64,000 nt of DNA from assembly GCF_009914755.1 (NCBI RefSeq), contig NC_060925.1. One strand, given 5' to 3'. A program made the position numbers and the translations under genes. Origin of the DNA: the human T2T-CHM13v2.0 reference genome, Homo sapiens. The notes under the pieces are model-generated. The model was not told where the DNA came from. It saw nothing but the letters and a program-made list of their open reading frames with translations, and ran no database searches. Below, in pieces: positions 35,335 to 50,791 of the stretch (positions are counted from its first letter, which is position 1; the number at the start of each line of letters is the position of its first letter).

Positions 35335-36099
35335 GACATATTGGTTCATATTGGTTGCTTCAAATTTTTTGCACCTATAAATAAAGCTGCTATAAACATT
35401 CTTGTACAGGTTTTTGTGTGGACATAAGTTTTCAACTCATTTGGGTAAACACTAAGGATTGTGATCACTGGATCATATGTTAAGAGTATGCCTAGCTTCT
35501 TAAAAAACTGCCATACTGTCTTCCAAAGTGGCTGTACCATTTTGCATTCTCACCAGCAATGAATGAGAGCTCCTGTTGCTCCACATCCTTGCCAACCTGT
35601 GGCATTATCAAAGTTTTAGATTTCAGCCATTCTAACAGATGTATAGTGGTATGTCATTATTGTTTTAATTTGTAATTTACTAATGACATATGATGTTGAG
35701 CATATTTTTACATTCTTCTATGCCATTTCTATATCTTCTTTGGTGTGGTGTCTGTTCAGATTTTTGCCAACATTTTAACTGGTTTTTAAAGAAAATTGTT
35801 GAGTTTTAATTTTTTTTTCTATATTTTGGATACAAGTCTTTTATCAGATATATGTTTTGAAAATATTTTCTCCCAGTCTGTGGACTGTCTCTTCATTCTC
35901 TTAACAGTGTTTTTTCAAGGCAGATTTAAAAAGATGTTAATGAAGTCCAACTTACCAGTTTTTTCTTTCATGGGTTGTGCTTTTGGTGATATAGCTAAAA
36001 ACTCATCAACAAACCTCAGGTCACATAGATTTTCTCTATGTTTATATTTTAGGAGTTTTATGGCTTTGTTTTTTACATTTAAGTCTATGATTCATTTTG

Positions 36100-36102
<3 letters not shown>

Positions 36103-36134
<32 letters not shown>
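36103..36134. repeat. (TG)n microsatellite
   Basis: Seen directly. Confidence 0.95.
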
Positions 36135-36136
<2 letters not shown>

Positions 36137-36345
36137 GGTGTAAGATCTGCATCTAGATTCACGTTTTGCATGTGGATATCTATTTGTTCCAGCATAATTT
36201 GTTGAAAAGACTATCCATTGTATTGCCTTTGCTCCTTTGTCACAGATCACTTGATTTTATTTGTGACTATATGTTGTGTATATTGTGTAGAACAAAGAGT
36301 ATAACTGTTCTATTTCTGGGCTTACCACTCTGTTCCAATGATCTA

Positions 36346-36745
36346 CAGTCGACACTTAAAACAACATAAGGGTTACAGTGCCAACCTCCTGCAGAGTTAA
36401 AAATCTGAGTACAACTTTTGACTCCTCCAAAATGTAACCACTTATAGCCTACTGTTGACTGGATGCCTTACTAATAACATAAGCAGCTGTTTAACACATA
36501 TTTTATATGTTATATGTATTGTATACTGTATTTTAAAGTAAGCTAGAATAAAGAATACTGTATTCTTAAGTGGAAGTAGAGCATCATCAAGATCTTCATC
36601 CTCATTGTCTCCATGCTGAGTAGGCTGAGGAGGTGGAAGAAGGGAAGGGGTTGTTCTCGCTGTCTCAGGGGTAGCGGAGGTGAAAGAAAATCCACAAATA
36701 AGAGGACCTTTGCAGTTCAAACCCGTGTTGTTCAAGGGTCAATCG
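36346..36745 (-). mobile_element. Tigger2a/MER28-like TcMar DNA transposon
   Basis: TIRs cagtcgacacttaaaacaac / gtgttgttcaagggtcaatcg, TA TSD. Confidence 0.82.
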
Positions 36746-38227
36746 TACTTGTCTATTCTTTTGCCAATATCACACTGTCTTGATTACTGTAGTTTTACAG
36801 TAAATCTTGAAGTCAGTGTCAGTTCTCCAAGTTTGTTCTTCAATATTGTATTGGCTATTCTGGGTCTTTTGCCTTTCCATAGGAACTTCAGAATCTGTTA
36901 ATATCTACAATGTAACTTGCTTGGATTTTGATTAGAATTGAATTGACTTGATAGATCAATTTGTGAAGAACTAATATCTCAACAATATTGAGTCTTTCTA
37001 CCCATAACCATGAAATATCCTTCCATTTATGTAGATCTTTAATTTCTTTGATAAAAGTTTACCTCATATAGATCTTGTATATATTTTGTTAGAGTTACAA
37101 CTATTTCTTTCTCTCTTTTTTGGTGCTAATGTAAATAGTATTGTGTTTTTCATTTTAAATTCCAATTGCTCATTGCTGTTAATATAGAAAAGCAATTGAC
37201 TTTTGTATATTAACTTATACCCTGTTATGCTACAATCTCATTATAACTGCTTATTAGTTTCGGGAGTTTAAAAAATCAGTTCTTGAAGATTTTTTACACA
37301 GACAGCCATGCCATATACAAAGAAAGACAGTTTTATTTCTTCTTTCCAAATTTGTATACTTTTTCTTTTCTTTTCTTATTGCACTAGCTAGGACTTCCAG
37401 AACTATGCTGAATAGGAGTCAAAATTTAACAAAGGAGGAACATGTTTTCCTTATTCCCTTGTTCTTAAAAGAAAAGTATCTAGTTTTCTCACCAGTAAGT
37501 ATAATGTTGGCTATAAGGTTTTTTAAAAAATATGTTTTTCAAAAAGCTGAGGAAGTGCCCCTTTATTCCAAGTTTGAGAGTTTTTTTTTTTATCTTGAAT
37601 TGTTGTTGGATTTTGTCAAATTATTTTTCTGCATCTTTTCATATTACATTTTCATTTAGCTTATTGAGGTGATGGATTACATTAATTGACATTCTACTGT
37701 TAAACCAGCCTTGTATACCTGGAAAAAATTCCACTGGGTTATGATGCATAATTCTGTTTATACATTGTTTGATTCAATTTGCTAATATTTTGTTGAGGAT
37801 TTTACATCTATGTTCATGAATGATATTGGTCTATAGTTTTCTTGTGATGTGTTTGTCTGGTTTTGTTTTTAAGGTAATGCTCACATAATGGCCTCATGTG
37901 TGTGGCCTCACATAATTAGGAAATATTCTATTGTTTCTATTTTCTGGAACAGCTTGTACATAATTGGTATCATATGTTCTTTAAATGTTTAGTTGAATTC
38001 ACCAATGAGATAACCTGGAACCAGTACTTTCTGTTTTAGAAGGTTATTAGTGATTGATTCTATTTCTTTATCAATACAGGTTGAGGAAGATATTGATGGA
38101 TATCAAATCAAATCAAATCAAATCAAACCTATTCAGGTTATCCCTTTCTGTTTATATGAGTTTTGGTAAAATACGTCTTTTAAGGAATTGGTCTATTTCA
38201 TTTAAGTTATCAAATTTGTGGAAATAT

Positions 38228-38511
<284 letters not shown>

Positions 38512-39047
38512 TCATAATATCCATTTATTGTCATTTTAATGTTAATGAGATCAGTAGTGATGGCCTCTCTTTCACTTCTGATATTAGTAATTTGTATTTT
38601 CTCCTTTTTTTCCCCTTGGTTAGCCTGGCCTGAGGTTGATTAATTTTGGTTGCATTGATGTTCTCTATTGTTTTCCTGTTTTCAATTTCACTGATTTCTG
38701 CTGATTTTTATTACTTATTTTCTTCTGCTTACTTTGTATTTAATTTGCTTTTCTTTTATAGTTTCCTAGGATGGAAGCTTAGATTACTAATCTTAAGTAT
38801 TTCTTCTTTCCTCTTATTCAGTGCTATAAATTTCCCTCTAGGCACTGCATCCCACGAATTTTGACAAACTATATTTTCATTTAGTTCAAAATATTTTTAA
38901 ATTATTCCTGAAACTCCTTCTTTGACCAATAAGTTATTAAAAGTGTATTATTTAATCTCCAAATGTTTTGGGATTTTCCAGCCATTTTCTGTTACTGTGG
39001 TGTGAGAGCAAACATTGTATGATGTCTAGTCTTTTAAATTTGTTGTT

Positions 39048-39355
39048 GGCCGGGCGCAGTGGCTCACGCTTGTAATCCCAGCACTTTGGGAGGCTGAGGC
39101 GGGCGGTTCACGAGGTCAGGAGATCGAGACCACGGTGAAACCCGTCTCTACTAAAAATACAAAAAATTAGCCGGGCATGGTGGCGGGCGCCTGTAGTCCC
39201 AGCTACTTGGAGAGGCTGAGGAAGGAGAATGGCGCGAACCCGGGAGGCGGAGCTTGCAGTGAGCCGAGATCGGCCACTGCACTCCAGCCTGGGCGACAGA
39301 GCAAGACTCCGTCTCAAAAAACAAAAAACAAAAAACAAAAAACACACGAATAAAA
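39048..39355 (+). mobile_element. Young AluY of the 12-bp-deletion lineage (Yd / Repbase AluYc3-like)
   Basis: gagaccacggtgaaa (12-bp deletion), cacgcttgtaat, ggagaggctg; many CpGs retained; TSD core aaatttgtt. Confidence 0.85.
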
Positions 39356-40059
39356 AAATTTGTTAAGGTGTTTTATGGCCCAGAATTTGGTCTATCTTGG
39401 TGAGTGTTCCATGTCAGTTTGTGAAGCATGTGCATTCTACTGTGTTGGATAACATATTTTATAAATGTAAATTAGATCTAGTTGACTTACGGTACTAACT
39501 CTCTCTTGACTAATTTTCTGCCTGCTGGGTCTCTCAATTACTGATAGAGGGGTGTTATTGTCTCCAACTATAATAATAGAGTCATCTATTTTTCCTTGAA
39601 AATTATCTCAGCATTTGCTTCATGTATTTTGATGCTCCGTCGTCAGGTGCATTAAGTACTGTTATCCTAGCTTGGAGAAATGACCCTGCTATCATTGCAC
39701 CATGTCTCTCTTTACCCTGATAATTTTCCTTGTTCTGAAGTCTGCTTTCTCTGAAATATAAATATTTCCAGCTTTCCTTTGAATAGCGTTAGCATGGTAT
39801 ACTTTCCTTCATATTTCACATGGATTTCTTGAAGACAACATACAATTGGGTTTTGCTTTCCTATTCACTTTGGCAATCTCTTATTTCTTAAGTGGTATAC
39901 TTAAACCATTGACATTTAAGTGACTATGATATCATTGAGTTAGTATATATCAACTGTGGACTGCGTTAGTTTTCATTTGTTGTCTTTATTCTTTATTGCT
40001 TCTTCTTCTTTCGTCTTCTTCTTCTTCTTTTTAATGTTTTTGGCTTCTCATTTTATTTT

Positions 40060-40375
<316 letters not shown>

Positions 40376-40528
40376 CTCTCATTTTAATTAAGCGTTTTAT
40401 ATGATTTCATTTTCTTTCCTGGTTTAGCATACAAACTATACTACTTTTAAAACTTTTTAAAGTGGCCACTCTAGAGTTTGCAATACATATTTACAATTAA
40501 CCCAAGTCCATTTTCTTTCTTTTTTTAA

Positions 40529-40649
40529 AAACCCTACAGCACGTGGTATTCCTAGGCCATCTCCAATCCCTGTACTAACCAGTCCTGACCCTGTTTAGCA
40601 TCCAAGATCAGATGAGATTGAGAACATTCAGGGTGCTATGGCCATTGAT
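40529..40649 (-). pseudogene. Retroposed 5S rRNA pseudogene (full-length 121 nt)
   Basis: Colinear with 5S rRNA along its whole length; A-tail at 40516-40526; perfect 13-bp TSD caagtccattttc (40503-40515, 40650-40662). Confidence 0.93.
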
Positions 40650-42013
40650 CAAGTCCATTTTCAAATAACACTATACCACTTCATGAGTAGTGCCAATACT
40701 TTATAACAATTCCTCCCTCTTGTTCCTTATAACATTTGACTTATCCATGAGATACAATACCGAATACACTGTTGCTATTATTATTTTGTACAAATTGTCT
40801 GTTAGATCAATTAAGAATTATAAAAATATTTTATTTTACCTTTATTTATTCCTTCGCCAACACTCCTTTCCTAGATGAGTTTCTTACCTATGCCACTTTT
40901 CTTCTCTCTGAAGAACTTCTTTTAACATTTCTTGCTGGTCTGCTAGTGACAAATTCTTTAAATTTTTGTTTGAGAAAGACTTTATTTCTCTTTCACTTTG
41001 AAATTCCCAGTTTCATAATTCCAAAATGTCTGCTATCCCTGAGTCTGTTTCTGCTTGTCTCTGTAGACTGTTTTTGCCTTTTACCTTGCCTTATAATTTT
41101 TTTTGAAAGCCAGACATGATGTAAATGTAAATGAAACCAAGGTGAATAGGCCTTTAATGTGATATTTGATATTATCTGGCTGGGGGTTAGGCTGTGTTTA
41201 CTGGTTGTTGTAGCTATGGTGTCTCAGGCTAAAATGTCCTCTAATGTCATTGTTTTTTACTCCCCTGTTTTATTTAGCCTTTCTGAGGGACTCTTTAAAT
41301 AGGGTTTGTGGCACAGTTCCTTTAGCTATAATCTGTTATTGCACAGGAACCCCACTGATTTGATTGTAAGGTATGAGTGTAGGAAGGGCATTCTATAGTT
41401 CTACAATTAGGTCTCAGTCTTTTAGTGAGTCTGAATTGGATATTACCCTTCTTCCACATCAAAGGCCAGAGGGGGCTGGAGTGGAATATTTCTCTTCCTC
41501 CAGCTGAAGGCTAGAGGGAGGTGAAATTAGGTTTTCCTTTCCCAAAGGTCAGTTAGTCTTTGGTAAAACACCAGTTTATTCTCTGATAAATAATTTCCCT
41601 GGAGGGCAAGAACTGTTAAGGAGATCAGAGAATTCTAGGTGTTTTTCAAAATGCTTACTATCCCTCTCCCTCTGCTGGAAGTCAGAGGGAATTTTTCTCT
41701 ATCTTTAAAGTAAGAACCTGTTAGGGCTCTGGGAGGAAGTAAAACTCAGGAACATGTAGGGGCCTCCCAAAGACTGGGCCCTCTCTGAGTTTTTTAACAC
41801 TCAAGCTGGTCTACACTGAGTCTCCAGTAATTTGCTAATTATAGTTTAAAGTGTCCCTACTGTCCCGGTGTGGGCTATGTAGTTGCCTGTCTGTCTCTCC
41901 ATTTTGGGGGCAGTAGTTTGTCTTGTAACCTTAATTCTCTGACAGATCTAAGAAGAGTTGTTGATTTTCAGTATGTCCATCTTTTTTTCTTGTTTTGAGG
42001 ATGGGAGTGATGA

Positions 42014-42367
<354 letters not shown>

Positions 42368-42386
42368 TCAGAAAACACTTTACTAT

Positions 42387-42840
42387 TGTCAACCTAAATG
42401 ACAAAGAGAAAGAGGCTCTCTAAAATAAATAACGAATTTATTTTGGAATAGAGCATTGCAATGGGAATATGCATGCCATAGTAAGCTATGCACATATTCA
42501 GGGAGATAAAGGAAGGTAATGGTTTTTAAAGGAAAAATGAGGATTATATAATTGTTTTGAAATGATTATCCTTGACTAAAAATATCAACAACAATGGTGA
42601 CACCAGTCCAAGGCTGGACAGGCTGTTGCTGGGCAGATGTCTTTTCAGAAGTATTTTTTGTATATGGGTGCAAATGTCCTTTGGGCAAGGTTGTGATTTT
42701 TGCAATTTTTTGTGATAGTTTTTGTTATCAGGCATCTAAGAATGAGAACTCTGTCTTTATGGCCTTCAGCTCTATTTGTCAGGTTTTTCTTTTATTTTCT
42801 TAACATCAGTGACTCCATTTTGATTCTGACAACTTTCACA
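42387..42840 (-). mobile_element. ERV1 solo LTR (MER65-like)
   Basis: TG...CA ends; minus strand starts tgtgaaagttgtcagaatcaaaatggagtcac; 4-bp TSD ctat/ttat. Confidence 0.75.
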
Positions 42841-42915
42841 TTATGATTTTTAAATCTTTTTTAGGGGGGAGACTGGATTCAGCTAGAAGCCAAATTGTGT
42901 TCCACACACAATAAC

Positions 42916-43196
42916 TTTTTTTTTTTTTGAGATGGAATCTCACTCTATCACCCAGGTTGGAGTGCAGTTGTGCGATCTTGGCTTGCCTCCTGGGTTAAAG
43001 CAATTCTGCCTCAGCCTCTCGAGTAGCTGGGACTACAGGTGTGCACCACCACATCTGGCTAATCTTTTGTATTTTTAGTAGAGGTGGGGTTTCACTATAT
43101 TGGTCAGACTGGTCTTGAACTCCTGACCTCAAGTGATCCATCTGCCTCGGCCTCCCAAAGTGCTGGGATTACAGGCGTGAGCCACCGTGCTTGGCC
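42916..43196 (-). mobile_element. AluS-type SINE
   Basis: Poly-T then dimer with small deletions. Confidence 0.92.
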
Positions 43197-43231
43197 CCCA
43201 TGCGATGATTTTTAAAGAATCAAAAATGGTT

Positions 43232-43542
<311 letters not shown>

Positions 43543-44308
43543 TTAGACTACTTGCTTTTGTATTTCTCATTATATCTGTGATATATTAATAGATTTCTTA
43601 ATAACAAACTTTTCCTTGATTGTAATTCTTCCTTTTACTTCATTAAGGTGGATAATTCTTTATATACATGGTTAAATTTTACTTAATTTTTTGTTTAGAT
43701 TTTTACAATTACATTTGTAAGTGAAATTCATCTGCCACTTTATTTTGGCTGCTCTCTTTGTCTGACTGAGATGCTGATATAGAGTACTCTTATCTTTTGT
43801 TTCCGAGACTGTTGCCACTTTATCTTTACAAGTGATCTAATGAGGAACTGAGTGAAGTTTTATTATACACTTTTAGTTAACTTGAGAATCCTGTTAACTA
43901 TTTTTTGAGGTAAGTGGAAATGACTTCTGGTATCTAAGAAAGAGTAGCTAGAAAATAATATTTTAAAATTTACAGGGGGATATTATAAAGCAAGCTTATG
44001 AAGAGTTAATTTTAGAGTACAGCATTCCCCTTGTTCCCTCTTTAAAGTCAGTTTTCAATAATTAACAGATATTAACTATATTTATTTAGGTCAGGAGATT
44101 TTTTTTCAACTTGTCTTCTGAAACGGAAGAATAAATGAACAAAATAATAAAAGAGAGAATGGACAAATATCACCATTCTCCTCTTATTGAAGGCGATTGG
44201 GTACAGTTGTGCAGGTTGAACACTACATAAACCAAGGGACATTATTTGTTACAAGGTTTGCATTGATTAGACATTTTCTTTCTGTACGTGTGTGATTAAA
44301 ATCTACAT

Positions 44309-44519
44309 CAGGGGTCAGCAAACTTTTTTTTTTTTTCAAGGGCAAGACAGTAAGTATTTTAGGCTTGTGGGTCATGTGGTCTCTGTCAAAACTTTTAAAC
44401 TTTGCTGTTATAGTATGAAAGCAGCCATCCATACATAAGGGAATCGTTGTGGCTGTGTTTCAATAAAATTTGATTTACAGAAGTATAACTGGACTGAGGG
44501 CTGTAGTTTACCTATCCTA
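44309..44519. mobile_element. MER58A-like hAT DNA transposon
   Basis: caggggtcagcaaac start; gtggctgtgtttcaataaaa motif. Confidence 0.75.
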
Positions 44520-46407
44520 CTTTATGCCTACGTACTTCTAAGGGGATCTAATATTATCATGAAGATTTTAAGATGGGTTATGTTTATGGCTGAAACTCCT
44601 AACTTACATGTCTGATTTTCCTCTTATTCTCTCAGTTTCTTGTGCAGTTTCAACCTTTTCTGCCAGCGTTTTGTAAATGTTGTAGTTCTTTAAGCCTCAG
44701 CCTTAGATCTTTTTCTTTTCTCACTTCTATACTCTTTCCATAGGCAATGAATCCAACATTTTTTAACTTCAGTGTATTCCTCTACTCTGAAGCCAACTGC
44801 CAACTTCATGTTTCTCAAAGACACCTGAAATTCAACAGTTAAACTGAATTTATAATCTTCCATTCTCAAACCTACTTTTCCGTGTTTTTTTTTGTTTCAG
44901 TGAATAGTATCATCAACTCTTTAATACAATAAGCCAGAAATTTAAGAATTATACTTCACATACAGAGTCTTTATTACCTATTGGTTTTATCTCCTTTTGA
45001 ATTAGTCTGTCCACTTCTTTTCCCTGCTCATAAAAAAGGTCCTGCCATTTTTTATCTGGATTATTGCAACAGCCAGCCATTCTTGGCTCCCTCCATTTTG
45101 TAATTTGACTGATGTTTACAAAATAGATATCAGATAATAAACTAAATAATCTGATAATAAAGCTAGCCCGAGCCCTTTAATAACATCCTTTGTTCTAAGG
45201 ATAAAAATTAAAAATGTTGGCAATAGCCCTCATAAATCTATGAGTGTTTTGTCACCTGCCTCATTTCTATCCCTATCTGGCACTTACTTATATATACCAG
45301 ACATTATACCAGGAAAGGGGATTACAAAGATAAAAGAAATGGTCTCTGATTTCAAGCAGTGTACAGACTTTTTAGGGGATATACTTAAGTAAATAATGCT
45401 AAAGAGAGTTGCATTATTTTAGGTCAGATAAATATCAGAATTGAAATGGCAGGTTAAGATATACATAATAGGGAGAAAACCAAGAAGGATTTAGCTTAAA
45501 AAATCAACAACATATCTAAGATTCTTTATTTGGAAAGAACTATAAATACTGTCAAATCTTCACTTATTGTTTGAGAGCTTATATCACAGATTAAGTATAT
45601 AAATGAGGAAAAAGCTAAGGTAAGAATAGCTCTTTTAGTGTTAGAATTTTCCATTTGCTACTAACTAAATGAATTATACAAAAGCCACCTGTAAACCTTT
45701 GTGTCAACCGATAATAAAATCAATGCAGTTGTTTGAAAGACTATATTGTATTGTACATCTTAGAAGCACATTATAGCACATTACATCTGACACTATTAAC
45801 CAGAAGAATGACTTCATTGGCAAAAAAGAATAAATTGTAAGAAAGTAGGTGTGACAGGTCTTTCCTTTTCACAACGTACCGTCCATGGAAACTCCATAAT
45901 TGAATCATATTTATGAAACTATTTCATAATGATTTCATAAGTTTTTGTATTGATGCAAGCTTTTGTACTGTTGATGTAACTGCATTTCTGTCATGTTTGC
46001 ACATTTTGGCCCATCAGATGTAAAATTTGGCTTCTCTCTGTATGGTCTTCTAATTATAGAAATTGCCTCATAAATGTGATTGTGCGTGTGTGGCAACATA
46101 ATAATTATAAGAACAGCAAGCCATTCAGAAAGAGAATTTCTGAGATTCAATAAAACAGAGTTTTATTTGTTGAAAATAGAAATATGCTCAGATTTAACAG
46201 CTCCAGAAAAACAGCACCATATTTGACTATATGCAACCAGAAAGGCACTATAAACTATTATTTTTCATTCTATGTGATTAGTCTATGGTGTCTATGATAA
46301 ATGCTGCTTTCTAAAACATACCAGTCACAGCACAGCAGAGCAATAATGGAAATGTAAATGTATTTTATGAGAAAGACACAATTAGAAAAGTATAAAGATA
46401 AACTTAC

Positions 46408-46461
46408 TGGCTCTCCTGGAAGTCCTCTGTCACCTGTACTTCCAGGCAATCCCTGTAAACC
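46408..46461 (-). CDS. COL24A1: Collagen exon, 54 bp, GLQGLPGSTGDRGLPGEP
   Basis: tttgtccag acceptor, CCA/gtaagt donor; visible in ORF 46270..46479. Confidence 0.95.
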
Positions 46462-46584
46462 CTGGACAAATAAAGGCAATACTTGTAGGAAAAGTGGTGT
46501 GTGAAGATGTTTTAGACACTTTCCTTACCTTAGCTTTCCTATGGATCCTTCCACCCAACTTTTCTGTCTATTGCTATTCTTTTT

Positions 46585-47480
46585 TTTTTTTTGCTTTTGT
46601 GGTAAGATACACACAACATAAAATTTACTATTTTAACCATTTTTAAATGTAAAGTTTGTGGCAGTAAGTGCATTCACAATGTTGTGTAACCGTTACCAGA
46701 ACTTTTTCATCTTCCCAAACTGAAACTCTGTACCCATTAAATACTAGCTCCCCATCACCCCTTTTTTTCTATTTCCTGGCAACCACCATTCTATTTTCTG
46801 TCTCCATGAATTTGACTACCCTAAGTACCTCATATTAGTGAGATCATACAATATCTGTCTTTCTGTGACTGGCTTATTTCACTTAGCATAATGTCTTCAA
46901 GGTTCATCCCTGTTGTAGCATGTGTCAAAACTTCCTGCTTTTTAAGATTGGGTCCACTGTATGCATATTCCACATTTTGTTTACCTATTCATCTATCAAA
47001 GAACATGGATCACTTCCAACTTTTGGCTATTGTGAATAATGCGGCTATTAACATGGGTATGCGAGTATCTGTATGAGTCCCTTTTTTCAATTATTTGGGT
47101 ATCTACCTAGAAGTGGAACTGATAGATCATATGGTAATTCTCTGTTTAACTTCTTGACAAACCACCAAACTGTTTTCCACAGCAGTTCCCCTATTTTATA
47201 TTTGTACCAGTAATGCACAAGGGTTCTAATTCCTCCACATCCTTGGCCACACAAATTTTCTTTTTTTTTTTTTTTAGAACAGCATTCTAATGTTTGTGAA
47301 ATAGTATCCCATGGTGGTTTGATTTTCATTTCCCTAATGACTAGTGATGTTGAGTATCTTTTCATGTGCTTACTGGCCATTTGTATATCTTCTTTGGAGA
47401 AATGTCTATTCAAGTCCTTTGCTCATTTTTCCATCAGGTTGTTTTTTTATTCTTGAGTTGTAGGAGTTCTTTATATCTAC
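46585..47480 (-). mobile_element. L1MB-like 3' fragment
   Basis: ORF 47087..47413 is degenerate ORF2 C-terminus ([13 protein letters not shown]). Confidence 0.85.
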
Positions 47481-47900
47481 CCCTATTTTTATTTAATCCT
47501 CACTCCTATATTGTGACAAATAATTATCCAAAATTATTTTAAATCTGAATTTCTTTATAGTTTTAATATTCATATAAAGTTTCCTTTTTCCAAAAATAAT
47601 AATCCTTGTGATGTGTTAATAAGTATGACTTTTGCCTTTAAACCCTGGCAAGGCACAGGAGTCTTGGAACCTAGATAACTGGAAATAACCATACTGGACC
47701 TGTAACTTCCTTTTTTCCCCATCTTTACACTCTTTGTAGTACCATAAAAGAGCATCTCAGATATGAAGTAGATAGAACACTAAACCAAATTCTGAGTCTT
47801 CTCTGACTCAGTCAAAGATTTATTGAGCATTTACTGTGTGCGAGGCACTGATGACCACTGACAATACATAACATGTTGATCCTTTTGTAAATTGCATCTT

Positions 47901-48212
47901 TTTTTCTTTTTTTTTTTTGAGACGGAGTCTCATTCTGTCACCCAGACTAGAGTGCAGCAGCATGATCTTGGCTCACTGCAACCTCCACATCCTGAGTTCA
48001 CGCCGTTCTCCTGCCTCAGCCTCCTGAGTAGCTGGGACTACAGGCGCCCGCCACCACGCCCGGCTAATTTTTTTTTTTTTTTTTTTGTATTTTTGGTAGA
48101 GACAGAGTTTCACCGTGTTAACCAGGATGGTATCAATCTCCTGACCTCGTGATCCACCCGCCTTGGCCTCCCAAAGTGCTGGGATTACAGGCGTGAGCCT
48201 CTGCGCCCGGCC
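47901..48212 (-). mobile_element. AluY-type SINE
   Basis: 14-bp TSD gtaa(a/g)ttgcatctt. Confidence 0.93.
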
Positions 48213-49099
48213 GTAAGTTGCATCTTCTACATTATTGATCTCAGGAAAGCTGATAACTATACAGCTAATCACAAATACCATTTTACCTTAAAAACTAAAA
48301 GGTATAAAAATATGACATTAAATTAGAAGTAAAGATATTCAAAGTTCTTAGCAACACACTATCTTCTAAGTTATAATCTTTAATGCTATGTTCAGTTTTT
48401 CTGGCTAGGGAAAGGGAAATATGTAAAATTATGGACTCCCATCTGGTTGAGGCCCTGTTTCAGTCATGTAAATGATATGGTGCCTATTTACTCCAGGATC
48501 CTTAATTAAGAGAGAGGATCATTATAAGGAATCTCTCTGTGCCTAGTACACCAACTGAAATATACAGAAAACTTCAGAACTTTAAATAATGTCTGCCCAA
48601 TTTTCTTTGTAAAGTATGTTTAGACATAATATCAAGCTTATCATGTACTTTTAATGCTGTTGATACTGCATAAAAGCTCTTTTGCAAAGCTACAAAATAA
48701 TTTAAGTGGACTCTGTTTTTATTGGGGATAAAGAGGAAAAGCACAAGCTGGAATAAAATAAAAATTATCTTTAAGGCTTTTCAGAACTCCCTTCTCTATG
48801 ACTTCAACCCAGTAACTATGATAATGATGACCATGAGGATAATAATGACTATTTTGGTTGTTATTTATTAGAGCCTGTGCCAGGAACATAATAAATATCA
48901 TTTGTTATACATTTATTATGACTATGAAAGATTTCCTATATCAAAGATAGAGAAACTGAAGCCCAGAGAAGTTAAGTAATTTGTACAAAGTCAAGACTGC
49001 TAGTAAGTGGCAAAACCAATATATGACTTCCAATATGATTGATTCCAATAAAATATAATGATACATTATATGCAAGGGATTAATTTTATATATATATAA

Positions 49100-50340
49100 C
49101 TGTGGACTACTTATCAGAAATACCAGCGGCCAAAAGAAAATGGCAAGTTATCTTTATAGTGCTGAATGAAAACAAAAAATCCCCCAAAAGACTCTGTCAA
49201 CCTAAAATCTGATATCCGGTGAAAGTATACTTCAAAAGTAAAGGAAAAATAAAGACATTTTATAAACAAAAACTAAGAGAAATATGTACTAGCAGACTTT
49301 ACTACAAGAAATATAAAGGATGTTCTATAGGTTACAGGAAAATGACACCATTTGGAAACACAAATCTTCAGAAAGGAATGAATAACATCAGAAATGGCAA
49401 ATATGTGGGTAAATGATAAACATTTTTTCCCCATTAAACATCTCTAAAGTATGTATTTCATTTACATCATGAAAATATTTTATTTATATTAAAGCAAAAA
49501 TCATAACTTTGCAATGCGTAGTTTAAAATATATGTAGATGTAATACATAAAATAATTATAGCATAAAAAATATTAGTAAATGGACCTATATTGTTGGCAA
49601 GTTTCTTACACTTGTGTTAAGTATTTACATAAAATACTTATTTTGTGGCACTTCACAATAAAAGTTTGCTGTCCCTTGACCTAGAATAACCATGGAAAAT
49701 TATGAGAAGAAATAGAGCTAAAAATCCAACAGACAGATTAAAATAGAATTCTCAAAATTATTCAATGCCAACAGAAGACATTGAACAATAACAATAAAAA
49801 GGACACAAAGAAAAACAGATCATTAAATGGGAGACCCAAATCTAACCACATCAATTACGTATCAATAATTACATTAAATTGAAATTGAACAAATGCTCAA
49901 ATTAAAAGGCAGAAATTGTCAGAATGAATAAAACACAAGGTCCAACTATAAGATATTCACTTTAAATATCAAGACACAGATAGGTTGAAAGTAAATTAAG
50001 GAACAAGATATGCCATGTAAGCAGCAAGCATAAGAAAGCTGGAGAAACTTTATGTGAGTATTAATATCAGATAACATATACTTCACAACAAATAGTATTA
50101 CCAGGAGTAAAAAGTATTACCAGAGATAAACAAGAATATTTTTTAACAAAAAAGGATCAATTGATCAGGAAGACATAATAATTATAAATGTGAATAAACT
50201 TACAATAGAATTTAAAAATACATAAAGAAAAATTAGAAAGAATTAAAGGGAGAAATAGAGAAACACAAAAATTATAGTTGAAGAATTTTTACACCCATCT
50301 CACAAACTGATAGACTATCTAGATAAAAAAAACCTCAGTA
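49100..50340 (+). mobile_element. Old L1M fragment (ORF1 end / ORF2 start)
   Basis: ORF 49219 resembles ORF1p C-terminus; aattaaaaggcagaaattgtcagaatg EN-region motif. Confidence 0.7.
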
Positions 50341-50664
50341 ACGTATGAGTTATGATAGTTTTTATATTATTTAGAGAACCTAAAATAGTGATCCAGGCCT
50401 TAACACCTTAATAACACAATGGATTGTGGTCTTTCTTCCTGATTTTCTTTTGAGTCAGATGTATGGGAGGCAAGTATTGTATAGGAAACAGTGTTGGTCC
50501 ACGGACAAATATACTTTTACTAGTTATCTGGATTACCAGAGCACTATATGTTGCCAGTTTTCATTTAATTCCTGGCTTAAAATTATGAAAATCTAGAGAT
50601 GGAGAGGGTCTTAGAGCTCTTATCCCAACCATTTTTTAAAATTCATTTTAAAAATAAAAAATAT

Positions 50665-50791
<127 letters not shown>

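Noticed and set aside
47570-47755. Possible extra collagen exon (GKKGS)
   Set aside because: No Gly every third residue and no matching splice sites; the spliced frame is already continuous without it
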